64,000 bases of DNA, taken from positions 194,904 to 258,903 of the forward strand of contig CBDBDK010000002.1 in NCBI GenBank assembly GCA_965203745.1. The letters are read 5' to 3'. The translations under genes were made by a program, and so were the position numbers. Source of the DNA: an uncultured Candidatus Binatia bacterium. Lineage in GTDB: Bacteria > Desulfobacterota > Binatia > Bin18. Below the pieces are notes generated by a model. The model made no database searches, was not told the DNA's origin, and saw only the letters and a list, made by a program, of their open reading frames with translations. Numbering within the stretch: the first letter of the stretch is position 1; each line of letters begins with the position of its first letter. This document shows positions 49,696-59,875 of the stretch, piece after piece.

Positions 49696-49849
49696 GCCAA
49701 CGCCGAAGGGGTGGACGCCGGGCCCCAGGGCTGCGTGGTCGTGCTCCGCCGACCAGCCGTCTACGATCTGGAAACCGTCAATAACACCGTCGACCTCGTC
49801 CGCGCCGCCATATCGCTCCCCCGTTCGTTCTGTGGTATGCTCACGAACG

Positions 49850-51133
49850 ATGGATATCGGACTTGGTATTGCCCTGCTGGCAGGCTTCCTGTCTTTTGCC
49901 TCGCCGTGTGTTCTGCCCATCGTGCCCGGCTATTTGACCTTTATTACCGGCATGAGTTTCGAGCAACTCACCGCCCGCCAACGCTCGGCCCAGCTGATGA
50001 CCAGCGCGCTGATTAAGAGCATCCCCTTTGTGTTGGGCTTCTCTCTGGTGTTTATTGCCCTCGGCGCCTCGGCCTCTGTGGTGAGTGGGCTGCTCAGATC
50101 AAACCTGGGTATCCTCAAAGGCATCGCCGGGCTGGGCATTATGGTCCTGGGGCTGCATCTGGCCGGGGTCTTGCCCATCCCGGCCTTACTCCGGGAGCGC
50201 CGCCTTTCCAAAGAGCCCGCGGAGCCCGGTATGATCCGGGCCTTTGTGGCAGGACTGTTTTTTGCCTTTGGCTGGACGCCGTGCGTTGGCCCGATTCTGG
50301 CCGGTATACTGGCTATCGCCGCAACGACAGAGACGCTCAGCCAGGGGGTTCTCCTGCTGGCGGTGTATTCGCTCGGCCTCGGCATCCCGTTTATGCTCTC
50401 GGCCGCCTTCCTGAACGGCTTTCTGTCGCTCTTCCAGGGGATGAAGGGCTACCTGCGGCAAATGGAAGTGACGGCCGGCATGCTGCTCGTCCTGGTCGGT
50501 TTGCTCATCTTTACCGATAAGCTCGCCTGGGTCTCGTCGCGGCTGACTTTCTTGAACCCGGAGGAACTCCTCGTCAGCGAGGTCCAAGAAGCGGGTGCTT
50601 CCACGCCGGTGGCGTCCGACACGCCGCCGGTGCCGAGCAAATACGGCGACTATAATTTTACCCTGACGACCATTGATGGCGACCGGGTGAGTTTGTCCGA
50701 CTATGAGGGGAAAGTGGTCCTGGTCAATTTCTGGGCGACCTGGTGCGGCCCGTGCGTCATCGAAACGCCGGCCTTGGTCCGCATGTACCACAAGTATAAA
50801 CGCCAGGGATTTGCCGTGATTGGGGTGGCCCTGCAGAGTGAAGAAGACGGGGTGCGGGACTTTGTCCGGAAGTACAATATCCCGTACGCCATTGGCCGCG
50901 ATCTATCGGACGAGATCGGTCTGCGCTATCAGGTGTTTGCCCTGCCCAGCAGTTTTCTCTTTGCTCCTGACGGCACGGTGCAGCGTGCGTTTACCGGCTA
51001 CGTTGCCGAAGACGTTCTGGACCGCGAACTCGAAAAAACCTTCCAGACCAAGCCGGCGCGACAGCAGGCGCCCCAGGTTGAAGCGATTGCCTATCCGCTC
51101 GACGCCCTGGGTATGGAGGAGAGGAAGCCATGA
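49850..51133 (+). CDS. cytochrome c biogenesis CcdA/DsbD-like membrane domain fused to TlpA-like thioredoxin
   Basis: Start at MDIGLGIALLAGFLSFASPCVLP (CcdA Cys pair). C-terminal thioredoxin fold with WCGPC. The ORF track's upstream start overlaps the CocE gene. Confidence 0.75.
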   Translation: MDIGLGIALLAGFLSFASPCVLPIVPGYLTFITGMSFEQLTARQRSAQLMTSALIKSIPFVLGFSLVFIALGASASVVSGLLRSNLGILKGIAGLGIMVLGLHLAGVLPIPALLRERRLSKEPAEPGMIRAFVAGLFFAFGWTPCVGPILAGILAIAATTETLSQGVLLLAVYSLGLGIPFMLSAAFLNGFLSLFQGMKGYLRQMEVTAGMLLVLVGLLIFTDKLAWVSSRLTFLNPEELLVSEVQEAGASTPVASDTPPVPSKYGDYNFTLTTIDGDRVSLSDYEGKVVLVNFWATWCGPCVIETPALVRMYHKYKRQGFAVIGVALQSEEDGVRDFVRKYNIPYAIGRDLSDEIGLRYQVFALPSSFLFAPDGTVQRAFTGYVAEDVLDRELEKTFQTKPARQQAPQVEAIAYPLDALGMEERKP

Positions 51134-51573
51134 TTCAGAGTATTTTCCATGTCAACATCAATGTCTCTGACTTTGAACGCTCGCTCGCGTTCTATCAAAT
51201 GCTGGGCTTTCGGGTCGTCAACGATCTCGGTACCGGCAGCAGCCCGCAACTGGACGCCGGCCTACAGATTCCAAACGGCCAGGCCCGGGCAGCGCTCTTG
51301 ATGCTGGGCGACAACCCCCATGCGACGCGCATCGACCTGATCGAATGGAAGCAGCCCAAGACGGACGGGACGCCCTATCCGCATCTCGCCCACGCCGGCA
51401 TTGCTCGTATTGCCCTGAAAACGAAAAACCTGATGCAGGAGTACGAAGACCTCAAAGCCAAGGGAGTCAAATTCCTCTCACCCCCGCAGGAGACCATCCT
51501 TGGTGGCGGGATGACCCGTTTTGTGTGTTTCCACGATCCTGACGGAACCGTGTTGGAACTGATCGAGTTTTAA
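51130..51573 (+). CDS. VOC family protein (glyoxalase/bleomycin-resistance fold)
   Basis: 147 aa. IFHVNINVSDFERSLAFYQMLGF. 4-nt overlap with the upstream gene. Confidence 0.75.
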   Translation: MIQSIFHVNINVSDFERSLAFYQMLGFRVVNDLGTGSSPQLDAGLQIPNGQARAALLMLGDNPHATRIDLIEWKQPKTDGTPYPHLAHAGIARIALKTKNLMQEYEDLKAKGVKFLSPPQETILGGGMTRFVCFHDPDGTVLELIEF

Positions 51574-51582
51574 TCCTAACGG

Positions 51583-52038
51583 TTGCACGGAATCAAAAGC
51601 GCGATGGACCGCAGCACAGCACCGGCTCAGGGTGGGTTTCGTCATGCTGTTGGCTCTCTGGCGGGCGATTCGGGTCGGGTTGAACTCCGGGCCGGTCAGC
51701 ACGCCTGGACGCTTGATGAGCCCAAAGCATTAGGTGGCAATGGAGCGGCCCCCGACCCGATCACGGCCTTCTTGGGCAGCTTGTGTGGCTGTCTGCTGAT
51801 GTCCCTGGAGATCACGGCGCGGGCGCGAAAAATTCCACTTGCCGGGGCGTCGGTTTCCGCCAGGTCGAACACAAAAGGGTTTGTGAAAACCATAGACGTT
51901 GACTTGACCGTGCGCAGTGCCGCGTCTGAGGAGACGGTGCGGACTGTGGTCACCCGAGCGGAAAAGGGCTGTTATGTACGCGGGCTCTTGAAAGACAGCA
52001 TTGCCTATTCCCTCAATGTTACCATCCTGCCTGCGTAA
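51583..52038 (+). CDS. OsmC/Ohr family protein
   Basis: 151 aa. Two-Cys OsmC pattern (LGSLCGCLLMS ... EKGCYV). Confidence 0.75.
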   Translation: MHGIKSAMDRSTAPAQGGFRHAVGSLAGDSGRVELRAGQHAWTLDEPKALGGNGAAPDPITAFLGSLCGCLLMSLEITARARKIPLAGASVSARSNTKGFVKTIDVDLTVRSAASEETVRTVVTRAEKGCYVRGLLKDSIAYSLNVTILPA

Positions 52039-52039
52039 T

Positions 52040-52765
52040 ATGCGAAGCGTTCGTTTCTCCCATGAGCTGATTATTTGCAATTGGGGCACATTCTGCTGTG
52101 CGTGTATTGTCTGGTTATCGAGTGCTGGCATGACGTTCGCGGCTTGTGGCGACCACCTGAAAGAGGTCGAGCGGAGCGTTGGCCTGCTTTTGCACGGGCT
52201 GCGGACCGTTCAGGCCACGGTCCGTGAGGCCGAATCGAAAACCCAGGGACAGGAGGCCATCTACCAGAACTTACGCCTCCATCCTCCCGAGGACTACGAC
52301 CTAACATTAGCCCGACAGATTGGGAAAATCCGTCGAACCATTGTGCGGCCCAAGCGGACCCTGCTTGTACAACTGAAAGAACAACACGCAGCGACGCGCC
52401 GGCAGTGGGAGCAGGATATACGGCTGGCCCATGAGGGGTTTCTTGAAGTCAAAGCCACCTATCGGAAAAGGCTGATTCCGAGGGAGGCATACTGCCAGGC
52501 CCGTGAGGTCTATGCCGAGGCGCTGTCCCGCTATCAGGACGGGCTGGAGCAGTATCGAACCGGGCTCACCCTGTACACGGACGCCTTGAATGCCTACCGT
52601 GAACAATTCGTCATCCCGTGTATTCGTGGCTACACCAACCCCGCTCTCTGGCAGGCCATTGTCACCAGGTTTGAACAGGACGATTTCTTGCAGGACCTTC
52701 TGAATTCTCTGACCGCAAACGCTATTCGCCACCTCCCGCTGGAGACGCCTCCGGATATAAGCTGA
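52040..52765 (+). CDS. hypothetical protein (possible lipoprotein, coiled-coil)
   Basis: Start at MRSVRF directly after the OsmC stop. Hydrophobic N-terminus ending ...FAACGD. Tyr/Gln-rich helical repeats. Confidence 0.4.
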   Translation: MRSVRFSHELIICNWGTFCCACIVWLSSAGMTFAACGDHLKEVERSVGLLLHGLRTVQATVREAESKTQGQEAIYQNLRLHPPEDYDLTLARQIGKIRRTIVRPKRTLLVQLKEQHAATRRQWEQDIRLAHEGFLEVKATYRKRLIPREAYCQAREVYAEALSRYQDGLEQYRTGLTLYTDALNAYREQFVIPCIRGYTNPALWQAIVTRFEQDDFLQDLLNSLTANAIRHLPLETPPDIS

Positions 52766-52798
52766 CGGATACGCAAGCGCTCAAGACCAAGGACAACC

Positions 52799-53359
52799 AT
52801 GTCAGCGACTCCTCCGACCCTGTATCTCATCCGCCACGGGCAGGCCAGCGCCGGCTTTGATCAAGCCTACGACCCTGGCCTTGATGCCGTTGGTCTGGCC
52901 CAAGCGGAAGCCATAGCGAACGAGTTGGAACCGCTGGGGCCGCTACCCATTGTCACCAGCCCGCTCCAGCGTACGCGCCAGACCGCCGCGGCGTTTGAGA
53001 AACGCTGGAAGGTCCAGGCCCGAATCGAACCGGCGGTGGCCGAGATCCCTTCTCCAACGCAGGATCTGCAAGCCCGCGCCGACTGGCTCAGACAGGCCAT
53101 GCGGGGCCGTTGGAGTGCGCTTGCGCCCCAGTATCAGGAATGGCGGGATCAGGTCGTTGCCGCCCTGGTCGCTCTCAAGGCCACAACCGTCGTCACCTCC
53201 CACTTTATTGCCATTAACGCGGCGGTCGGTGCGGCCACGCAAGATGACCGGATGATCTGCTTTGAGCCGGATAACTGCTCGTGTACCCGTCTGGAAGTGC
53301 GCGCTGGCCAACTCCATTTAATCGAACTGGGCCGCCAGCGAGAGACCCGGATTCTCTAA
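52799..53359 (+). CDS. histidine phosphatase family protein (PGAM-like)
   Basis: LYLIRHGQASAG (RHG catalytic motif). 186 aa. Confidence 0.75.
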   Translation: MSATPPTLYLIRHGQASAGFDQAYDPGLDAVGLAQAEAIANELEPLGPLPIVTSPLQRTRQTAAAFEKRWKVQARIEPAVAEIPSPTQDLQARADWLRQAMRGRWSALAPQYQEWRDQVVAALVALKATTVVTSHFIAINAAVGAATQDDRMICFEPDNCSCTRLEVRAGQLHLIELGRQRETRIL

Positions 53360-53449
53360 GCTCGGTCCGCTCCGGCCTTGCGTTCTGCCTGCGGGAGTGT
53401 TTGAAACAGGTCGAAAACCGTACGCTCGAAGTTTCCGGGGAGGGAAGCC

Positions 53450-54541
53450 ATGACAACATCCGAAGCTGAAATGATGCTGACGCCGCGCACGTCGCTCACC
53501 ACCGAAACCGCGCCGGTGCTGGACCAGCATCGTTTTGATGAAGCCGCCCTTGCAGGCTATATGCAGGAACACGTTGGCGGCTTTACCCCGCCGTTACACG
53601 TCGGTCAGGTCCGGGGCGGCATGTCCAACCCGACCTTTGTGTTGACCGACGGCGCGGGCCGGCGCTATGTGCTGCGCAAAAAACCGCCGGGTAAACTCCT
53701 GCCCTCTGCCCACGCGGTTGACCGTGAGTTCCGGGTTATTTCCGCCCTGTGGGAAACCGATGTGCCGGTCGCGAAACCCTATGTCCTGTGCCAGGACCCC
53801 AGCGTCATCGGGGTGGACTTCTATATCATGGATTTTGTGGATGGGCGGGTTTTTCGTGGCTATGAGTTGCCCGAGTTGGCACCGGCGGAACGCCGCGAGA
53901 TTTATCAGACCATGGTCGATGTCATGGCCAAACTCCACCAGGTCGATTTTCGGGCCGTCGGGCTGGAGGGCTACGGCAAGGTCGGCGGGTATATGGAACG
54001 CCAGGTGCGGCGCTGGTCCAAACAGTATGAGGCCAGCAAAACCGACGCCCTGCCTGCCATGGAAAACCTCATGCAATGGCTGCCCGAACATCTGCCCGCG
54101 CACCACGAAACAACTATCGCCCACGGAGATTTCCGTCTGGAAAACATGATCTTTCATCATACCGAGCCTCGCGTGCTGGCCGTGGTGGACTGGGAGCTGA
54201 GTACGCTGGGCGCTCCCTTATCCGACTTGGCCTATAACTGTCTGCCGTACTACGTCCCGGACGATATGCGCGGCGACCTGACCAGCATCGACTACACGAG
54301 CTACGGCATCCCGTCCGAGGAAGAATATGTCGCCTGGTACTGTCAGAAGACAGGTCAGCAAGACATCCCGGAGTGGAAATTCTATCTGGTGTTCTCGCTC
54401 TTCCGGCTGGCTGCTATCGTGCAGGGTGTCTATAAGCGCGGCCTCGAAGGCAACGCCAGCTCGCCCGAAGCCATCACCCGCGGGGAAAAGTGCAAGCAAC
54501 TCTGCGCGGCCGGCTGGAGCTTGGTTGAGCAGGGGGTCTAA
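53450..54541 (+). CDS. phosphotransferase family protein (APH-like kinase fold)
   Basis: 363 aa. Brenner motif HGDFRLENMIF and VVDWELSTLG (DxD). Confidence 0.75.
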   Translation: MTTSEAEMMLTPRTSLTTETAPVLDQHRFDEAALAGYMQEHVGGFTPPLHVGQVRGGMSNPTFVLTDGAGRRYVLRKKPPGKLLPSAHAVDREFRVISALWETDVPVAKPYVLCQDPSVIGVDFYIMDFVDGRVFRGYELPELAPAERREIYQTMVDVMAKLHQVDFRAVGLEGYGKVGGYMERQVRRWSKQYEASKTDALPAMENLMQWLPEHLPAHHETTIAHGDFRLENMIFHHTEPRVLAVVDWELSTLGAPLSDLAYNCLPYYVPDDMRGDLTSIDYTSYGIPSEEEYVAWYCQKTGQQDIPEWKFYLVFSLFRLAAIVQGVYKRGLEGNASSPEAITRGEKCKQLCAAGWSLVEQGV

Positions 54542-54574
54542 GCCCCCTTCGGTGTGCTTCTCGCCAGGCGGAGC

Positions 54575-55810
54575 CTACCTGTGCCCAGCTCCGCTTATGG
54601 GTGTCACGCTTGCGGACGGAGGCGACAGGAAAAAGGCGGCGGTGGACTGGATAATCTCCGGGGCGGTCGTCTCCAGCAGTACGCCAAAGGCTGAGAGACG
54701 GTATCTTCCTGCGGCCAGCCGCGCGATGTTGGAAAAATGAAATCCGAAAGACGGCTGCCCACTGTGCGGTGGTCCCGTGTTGGAAAAATATGTCCGTTGC
54801 TCAAGCTGCTGGAGCCCACCTTCGAGTCGCATGACCAGCAAGAGCGTCTGGCCCGTGGGGAGCTGTAAGGCCGCCCAGCGCGGAGGCTGTTCTTCTCCCA
54901 TGGGCGGCCTGTCTGCCTGTAATAACCGAGCCTGACCGAAATTGAGGAAGTTGAAATAGGTGCTGACCTCGCCATCGGCCAAAATAAAACGCGGCGGAAT
55001 CTTGAGCTTGACCAGGGCCGTGCCTTCGACAAAGTCCGGATAAAAGATGAGATCAATCCGTCCCCTGGCGCGGAGGCCAAAGGGCAGGGGAAACCAATAG
55101 CGCGCGCGGCGAATCACCCGGACCGGGCCCTGGGTATGGCCGTACAGCCGGGCGTGCAGGTCTTTGTCGGTGCGCCGGATATTCAGCAGCCCGCCCAGAA
55201 AATTGACCTCGGCATCAACGCCAATATGCGAGATGAGGTTCTGGCCCAGATCGCCCGGTGAGTCCACAAAAGAGAGGTGGCTGGGCAGGGGAGTGTCAAA
55301 AGCCACGCTATAGCCTTCGGCATAGACATGATCCTGTTGGGGGTCGTAGCGAACGAGGCCGGGCCGGGTGGGCTGGGCCGATTTTACTCCTACCCGAATA
55401 TAGACAAAGCCGAGCGGGGTCTCGTCGGAGCCGAGACGAACCTCATGCCACCCTCCCGCCAGAAAAGCTGCCGCAGGGGCACGCTCCCCCATATCCCGTC
55501 TCAAAAAAATAATCGCATCGTTGGGGTCAAACCGTCCCGGCTGGTCGTCTTGGCTGGGACGCGGGCCGGCCTTGATGACCCACCGGCCGCGTCGGTCGCG
55601 TGCGTCAATCTGAAAGGGGATGGACGTCAGCGCCGCGGCGCGAAAGGCGAATACCTGAATGTGCGAGAGAGCCTGTTGATGCAGGAAGGGCAGCTCGTTG
55701 CCCTCAAGGACAATTACGCCGGGCCGGGCAGGTGTGGCTTCCGCCCAGAGCCGGGCTGGCAGGCTCGTGAGCAAGCATGCGATGAGAAGCGCAAGACGGA
55801 TATGCTGCAC
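54575..55810 (-). CDS. hypothetical secreted protein
   Basis: 411 aa with N-terminal signal peptide (MQHIRLALLIACLLTSLPARLWA). No family recognised. Confidence 0.45.
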   Translation of the reverse strand: MQHIRLALLIACLLTSLPARLWAEATPARPGVIVLEGNELPFLHQQALSHIQVFAFRAAALTSIPFQIDARDRRGRWVIKAGPRPSQDDQPGRFDPNDAIIFLRRDMGERAPAAAFLAGGWHEVRLGSDETPLGFVYIRVGVKSAQPTRPGLVRYDPQQDHVYAEGYSVAFDTPLPSHLSFVDSPGDLGQNLISHIGVDAEVNFLGGLLNIRRTDKDLHARLYGHTQGPVRVIRRARYWFPLPFGLRARGRIDLIFYPDFVEGTALVKLKIPPRFILADGEVSTYFNFLNFGQARLLQADRPPMGEEQPPRWAALQLPTGQTLLLVMRLEGGLQQLEQRTYFSNTGPPHSGQPSFGFHFSNIARLAAGRYRLSAFGVLLETTAPEIIQSTAAFFLSPPSASVTPISGAGHR

Positions 55811-55899
55811 GAACTGTCTCCGGGCTACGGAGGGTAAGGAGGAAGAAAGGGACGGCTCTCGGTGCCGCCCCTCTCAATTTTTTTGATGGGACTGGTCCG

Positions 55900-57336
55900 C
55901 TATTTTCCGCTGGCTCGCTGCCACTCGCCGTCAAGCTCCTCCGCCACTTCTCGAATCGCCCTGCCAAGGGTATCTATCATTTCGTCAATCTGTCCTCGGG
56001 TGATGATTAAAGGCGGGCAGAGCGCAATACTGTTCGCGCCGGCCACGCGGGTAATCAAGCCGTTATCCAAGGATTTTTCCCAGACCTGTTGCGCAATGCG
56101 CAGCTCGGCCGGGAACATTTCCTTGGTGGTTTTATCCCTGACCAGCTCGACCGCGGCGATCAGACCCTTGCCGCGCGTGTCGCCCACAATGGGCAACTCG
56201 TGCAGGGCGGCCAGGCGTTTTTGCAGATAGCGGCCCTGGGTGCGGGCGTTCTGGACGAGTTTCTCCTTTTCGATGATTTCGAGGTTGGCCAGGGCTGCGG
56301 CGCACACGGTCGGATGGCCGGTATAGGTGTAGCCGTGCCAGAAGGCGTAATCATCACCCGTCTCCAAAAAGGTCTGGAATATTTCCTCTTTGAACAGGAC
56401 CACGCCAAGCGGCAGATAACCACTGGTGACGCCTTTAGCCGAAACCAGAATATCGGGCACAACGCCAAAACCGGTCGAGGCAAACATGGTGCCGGTGCGG
56501 CCAAAGCCGGTAATCACTTCGTCACACACCATGAGGATATTATGACGCGAGCAGATCTCCCGAATCTTGGGCCACCAGCCATCGGGCGGAACAATCACAC
56601 CGCCAACGCCCTGAATCGGCTCGGCCACAAAGGCTCCAATCGTCTCCGCCCCCTCGCGCTTAATGATTTTTTCGAGCTCCTCCGCGCCGTTGTTTTCGCG
56701 ATAGGTATACGGGCGGGGCATATGGATGACGCCGGGCAGGCCGGGATCGACTTGATCATTAAAAAGCGGGATACCGGTTAGCGACGCGGCACCGCTCGAT
56801 GTACCGTGATAGCCCTGTTCCAGGGTAATGAACTTCGTCTTCTTGGGCTTTCCTTTGGCTTTCCAATAGGCGCGGACCAGACGAATCATCGATTCGTTCG
56901 ACTCCGAGCCGCCAGAGGTCAGGATCACCCGACTCAGGCCCTTGGGCGCGATCTTGGCCAGCTTGGCCGCGAGTTGGACGGTTGGGACCGAGGTCGGGCC
57001 GATCAGCGTAGGCGCAAAGGCCAACTGCTTCATCTGCTCGGACACGGCGCGGTTGATTTCTTTGCGGCCGTGTCCGATATGCACATTCCACAGGGAGGCG
57101 AGGCCGTCGATATACTGCTTGCCTTCCGTATCCCAGAGATAGATGCCTTGGCCCTTGACAAAAACGGGTACCCCCTTGTTTTGCTGCAAGCCGAGCGGCA
57201 CAAAGCCGTGGACGAGGTGGGCCGCATCCTGCTTGCGCAGGGCTTTTGCCTGCTGCGGGGGTAGTGCCACTGAAGACGGTTTCTTACGTGGCCGTAACGG
57301 AACGACCTTCCCCTGCGTTTTTGCCTGCCGTGCCAT
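55900..57336 (-). CDS. class III (omega) aminotransferase
   Basis: 478 aa. AT-III fold with PLP-Lys region (DEVITGFGRTG) and a Lys/Arg-rich N-terminal extension. Confidence 0.85.
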   Translation of the reverse strand: MARQAKTQGKVVPLRPRKKPSSVALPPQQAKALRKQDAAHLVHGFVPLGLQQNKGVPVFVKGQGIYLWDTEGKQYIDGLASLWNVHIGHGRKEINRAVSEQMKQLAFAPTLIGPTSVPTVQLAAKLAKIAPKGLSRVILTSGGSESNESMIRLVRAYWKAKGKPKKTKFITLEQGYHGTSSGAASLTGIPLFNDQVDPGLPGVIHMPRPYTYRENNGAEELEKIIKREGAETIGAFVAEPIQGVGGVIVPPDGWWPKIREICSRHNILMVCDEVITGFGRTGTMFASTGFGVVPDILVSAKGVTSGYLPLGVVLFKEEIFQTFLETGDDYAFWHGYTYTGHPTVCAAALANLEIIEKEKLVQNARTQGRYLQKRLAALHELPIVGDTRGKGLIAAVELVRDKTTKEMFPAELRIAQQVWEKSLDNGLITRVAGANSIALCPPLIITRGQIDEMIDTLGRAIREVAEELDGEWQRASGK

Positions 57337-57453
57337 ACCACTCTCCTTTCGCTGTCAACTCTTGCGCTGCGCTACGAATGCGATCATATACGAGTCGCGT
57401 GAAAAATCCCAGACTGATACTCTGTTGGTGAGACATGGAATAAAGGAGGAAAG

Positions 57454-58461
57454 ATGAAAACAAAGCGAATGGGACGAACCGGCCTGAACGTTTCCGAAAT
57501 CTGCCTGGGCACAATGACCTTCGGGCGTCAGTGCGAAGAAGCCCAGAGCTTCGCCATTATGGATACTGCATTCGAGAACGGTGTGGATTTCTTCGATAGC
57601 GCGGATGTGTATCCGGCCGGCGGCGGTGTCGAAACCGCGGGCCGCACCGAGGAGATTGTCGGTAAATGGTTGAAGGGCCGACGCGAGGACATCGTCCTGG
57701 CCACCAAATGCTGGGGGGCGATGGGTGACCGGCCGAATGACCGGGGCCTCTCGCGCAAGCATATCTGCGCTGCAGTTGAGGCGAGTCTCACGCGCTTGCA
57801 GACGGATTATATCGACCTGTATCAGGTCCATGCGCCCGATCCGAAAACGCAGATCGAGGAGACCCTGCAAGCCCTGGACGACCTGGTCCATCAAGGTAAG
57901 GTGCGTTACATCGGCTGCTCAAATTTCCAGGCCTGGCGTCTGGCCTTGGCTCTGTGGCAGAGCGACAAGCTCGGTCTGGCGCGCTTCGACTGTGTTCAGC
58001 CGCGCTACAATATGCTGTTCCGCGAAATCGAGCACGAACTCTTTCCCCTGTGCCGCGAACAGGGTATTGGCATGATTCCGTACAATCCGCTCGCCGGCGG
58101 GTTTCTGACCGGCAAGCACAAGGCCGGCGCGGAACCGGCCGCGGAAACGCGTTTTGCCCTGAGTGGCAGAGCCGGGGAAACGTACCGCCGGCGCTACTGG
58201 CAGGAAGCCCAGTTTGCCGCGGTCGAACATCTCAAAGAATTCTTTGCCGTACGCAATAAACCCCTGGCTCAAGTGGCGGTCGCCTGGGTGCTCGCCCAAC
58301 CCGAAGTCACCTCGCCGATTGTCGGCGCAACCTCAGCCGAACAACTCGAACAATCCCTACCGGCGGTTGAGATGACTCTCGACGAAGAGGAGATGGAAGT
58401 GTGCAACGATCTGTGGTTTTCGCTGCCGCGTCTGCGGGACAAGGCGGTGGCGTTGCGGTAG
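57454..58461 (+). CDS. aldo/keto reductase
   Basis: MKTKRMGRTGLNVSEICLGTMTFG ... IGCSNF AKR signatures. Confidence 0.9.
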   Translation: MKTKRMGRTGLNVSEICLGTMTFGRQCEEAQSFAIMDTAFENGVDFFDSADVYPAGGGVETAGRTEEIVGKWLKGRREDIVLATKCWGAMGDRPNDRGLSRKHICAAVEASLTRLQTDYIDLYQVHAPDPKTQIEETLQALDDLVHQGKVRYIGCSNFQAWRLALALWQSDKLGLARFDCVQPRYNMLFREIEHELFPLCREQGIGMIPYNPLAGGFLTGKHKAGAEPAAETRFALSGRAGETYRRRYWQEAQFAAVEHLKEFFAVRNKPLAQVAVAWVLAQPEVTSPIVGATSAEQLEQSLPAVEMTLDEEEMEVCNDLWFSLPRLRDKAVALR

Positions 58462-58525
58462 ACGCGAGGGGTCCTTTGGGTCTGTTGGGTCCCCGGCATC
58501 CAGAGGCCGGGGGGCAGCGTCTGCT

Positions 58526-59854
58526 TTAATCTTCTTCCTCGATGAACACCAGATGTCCGGCTTCCTCTTGGGCGCGGATTTTTTCCTCAATGTCGGCCGA
58601 GAGTTCTATCTTGCGGTGCTGAGGAAACTTCTCCCGGTCCAGGGTCGGACGCAGGAAATACTGCTCCGGGGTCAGTACTTCGGATTGACTTTTAAGCTGG
58701 GCAAAATACCACACGCGGGGGAGCACCCCAGGACTAAAGAAAACTTCCTGGTCTTCAGCCGACCATTCTTTGAGATGGTGGGTATCATGCACGCTGTAGC
58801 GCATGTAATCGAGCGTGACATCCCAGTAATGGTTAAACAATAGGCCGTAGCCTTTGTCTCCCATATTGGGATTCCGATAGGTCGCGATGCGGGTTTCGAC
58901 GAAAATTAGATTGTCATCCTGGCCGTACTGCTCTATCCGCAACGGATAAAAATAATGCTTATCCAGCCAATAGATAATCTTTGGCGCATAATATCCGGGC
59001 AGCCATTCTTCTTCGACTGAAGCTTCTACTACCCAACAATCAATACCCCCCTCTTTGGTGTAAAAAGGGTAGTCATCGCCCATCATTTTAATCCGATCAG
59101 TCGGAACATCGTGGAGGGTGCCGTCTGCCTCTCCTAAGGTGACAGTTGACCGGGTCGTGGGGAAGCGGACTGTTTTCTGCAGCGTGTCGACGCCAATGAG
59201 CTTCCAGGAAAACTCCCACGGATCACGGCCAAAGATATCGTCAAAACTCTCTGCCCCCTGTGCCAATTTATCGCCTCGACGTGGCTGGGGCTGACGACGA
59301 ACCCGCCGCAAGGCGGGTGAATAAACAAAGAGATCCCAGCGGGTCAGTGGCTCTTGTCCAGCTCGGTACATGGTCATAAACATCTGGTTCCCGAGGTCTT
59401 CTGGCGGGAAAAAGGTTTGACCAGTTATTTTTCGTGTCGGCTCACCTGGTTTCGTTCCGTATAGCTCGCCTTCTAAGCCCTGCATGCCCTTTGCATTTGG
59501 AACATAGAATATCGGGCTGTGCATTTTATCCGTAATGAGATACCCGTGGGCGGTCAGCGCCCCACTCACATCGACAAAATTGCACGACCAACGTGGCGAG
59601 TGGCTGAACTCCATGGCCCGATAGCCCATCTCCTCTGCGGTATAGGGCGGCTGAAACGGATAGCGCTCAGCGGGCATATACGGCTGCTCCGGGTCGCGGG
59701 GCGTGTCGATCCGGGGGTCGAACAGTTGGCGCTCCGCTTCGGTCAGCTCCCCGACCACCCGCCAGGTTTTTGCGGCCGCGGGCGAGTCGGCCCATACCGC
59801 GGGCGCAAGGCAGACGCTGAAAACAAAGAGTGAGAGAGTCAGGCCCAACTGCAT
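58526..59854 (-). CDS. DUF1329-like secreted protein
   Basis: 442 aa. Signal peptide. LRRVRR block and aromatic-rich sequence resembling the DUF1329 (LolA-like fold) family. Family call is from memory. Confidence 0.45.
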   Translation of the reverse strand: MQLGLTLSLFVFSVCLAPAVWADSPAAAKTWRVVGELTEAERQLFDPRIDTPRDPEQPYMPAERYPFQPPYTAEEMGYRAMEFSHSPRWSCNFVDVSGALTAHGYLITDKMHSPIFYVPNAKGMQGLEGELYGTKPGEPTRKITGQTFFPPEDLGNQMFMTMYRAGQEPLTRWDLFVYSPALRRVRRQPQPRRGDKLAQGAESFDDIFGRDPWEFSWKLIGVDTLQKTVRFPTTRSTVTLGEADGTLHDVPTDRIKMMGDDYPFYTKEGGIDCWVVEASVEEEWLPGYYAPKIIYWLDKHYFYPLRIEQYGQDDNLIFVETRIATYRNPNMGDKGYGLLFNHYWDVTLDYMRYSVHDTHHLKEWSAEDQEVFFSPGVLPRVWYFAQLKSQSEVLTPEQYFLRPTLDREKFPQHRKIELSADIEEKIRAQEEAGHLVFIEEED

Positions 59855-59875
59855 GGCTCCGCCCTGGTGTTTCTC

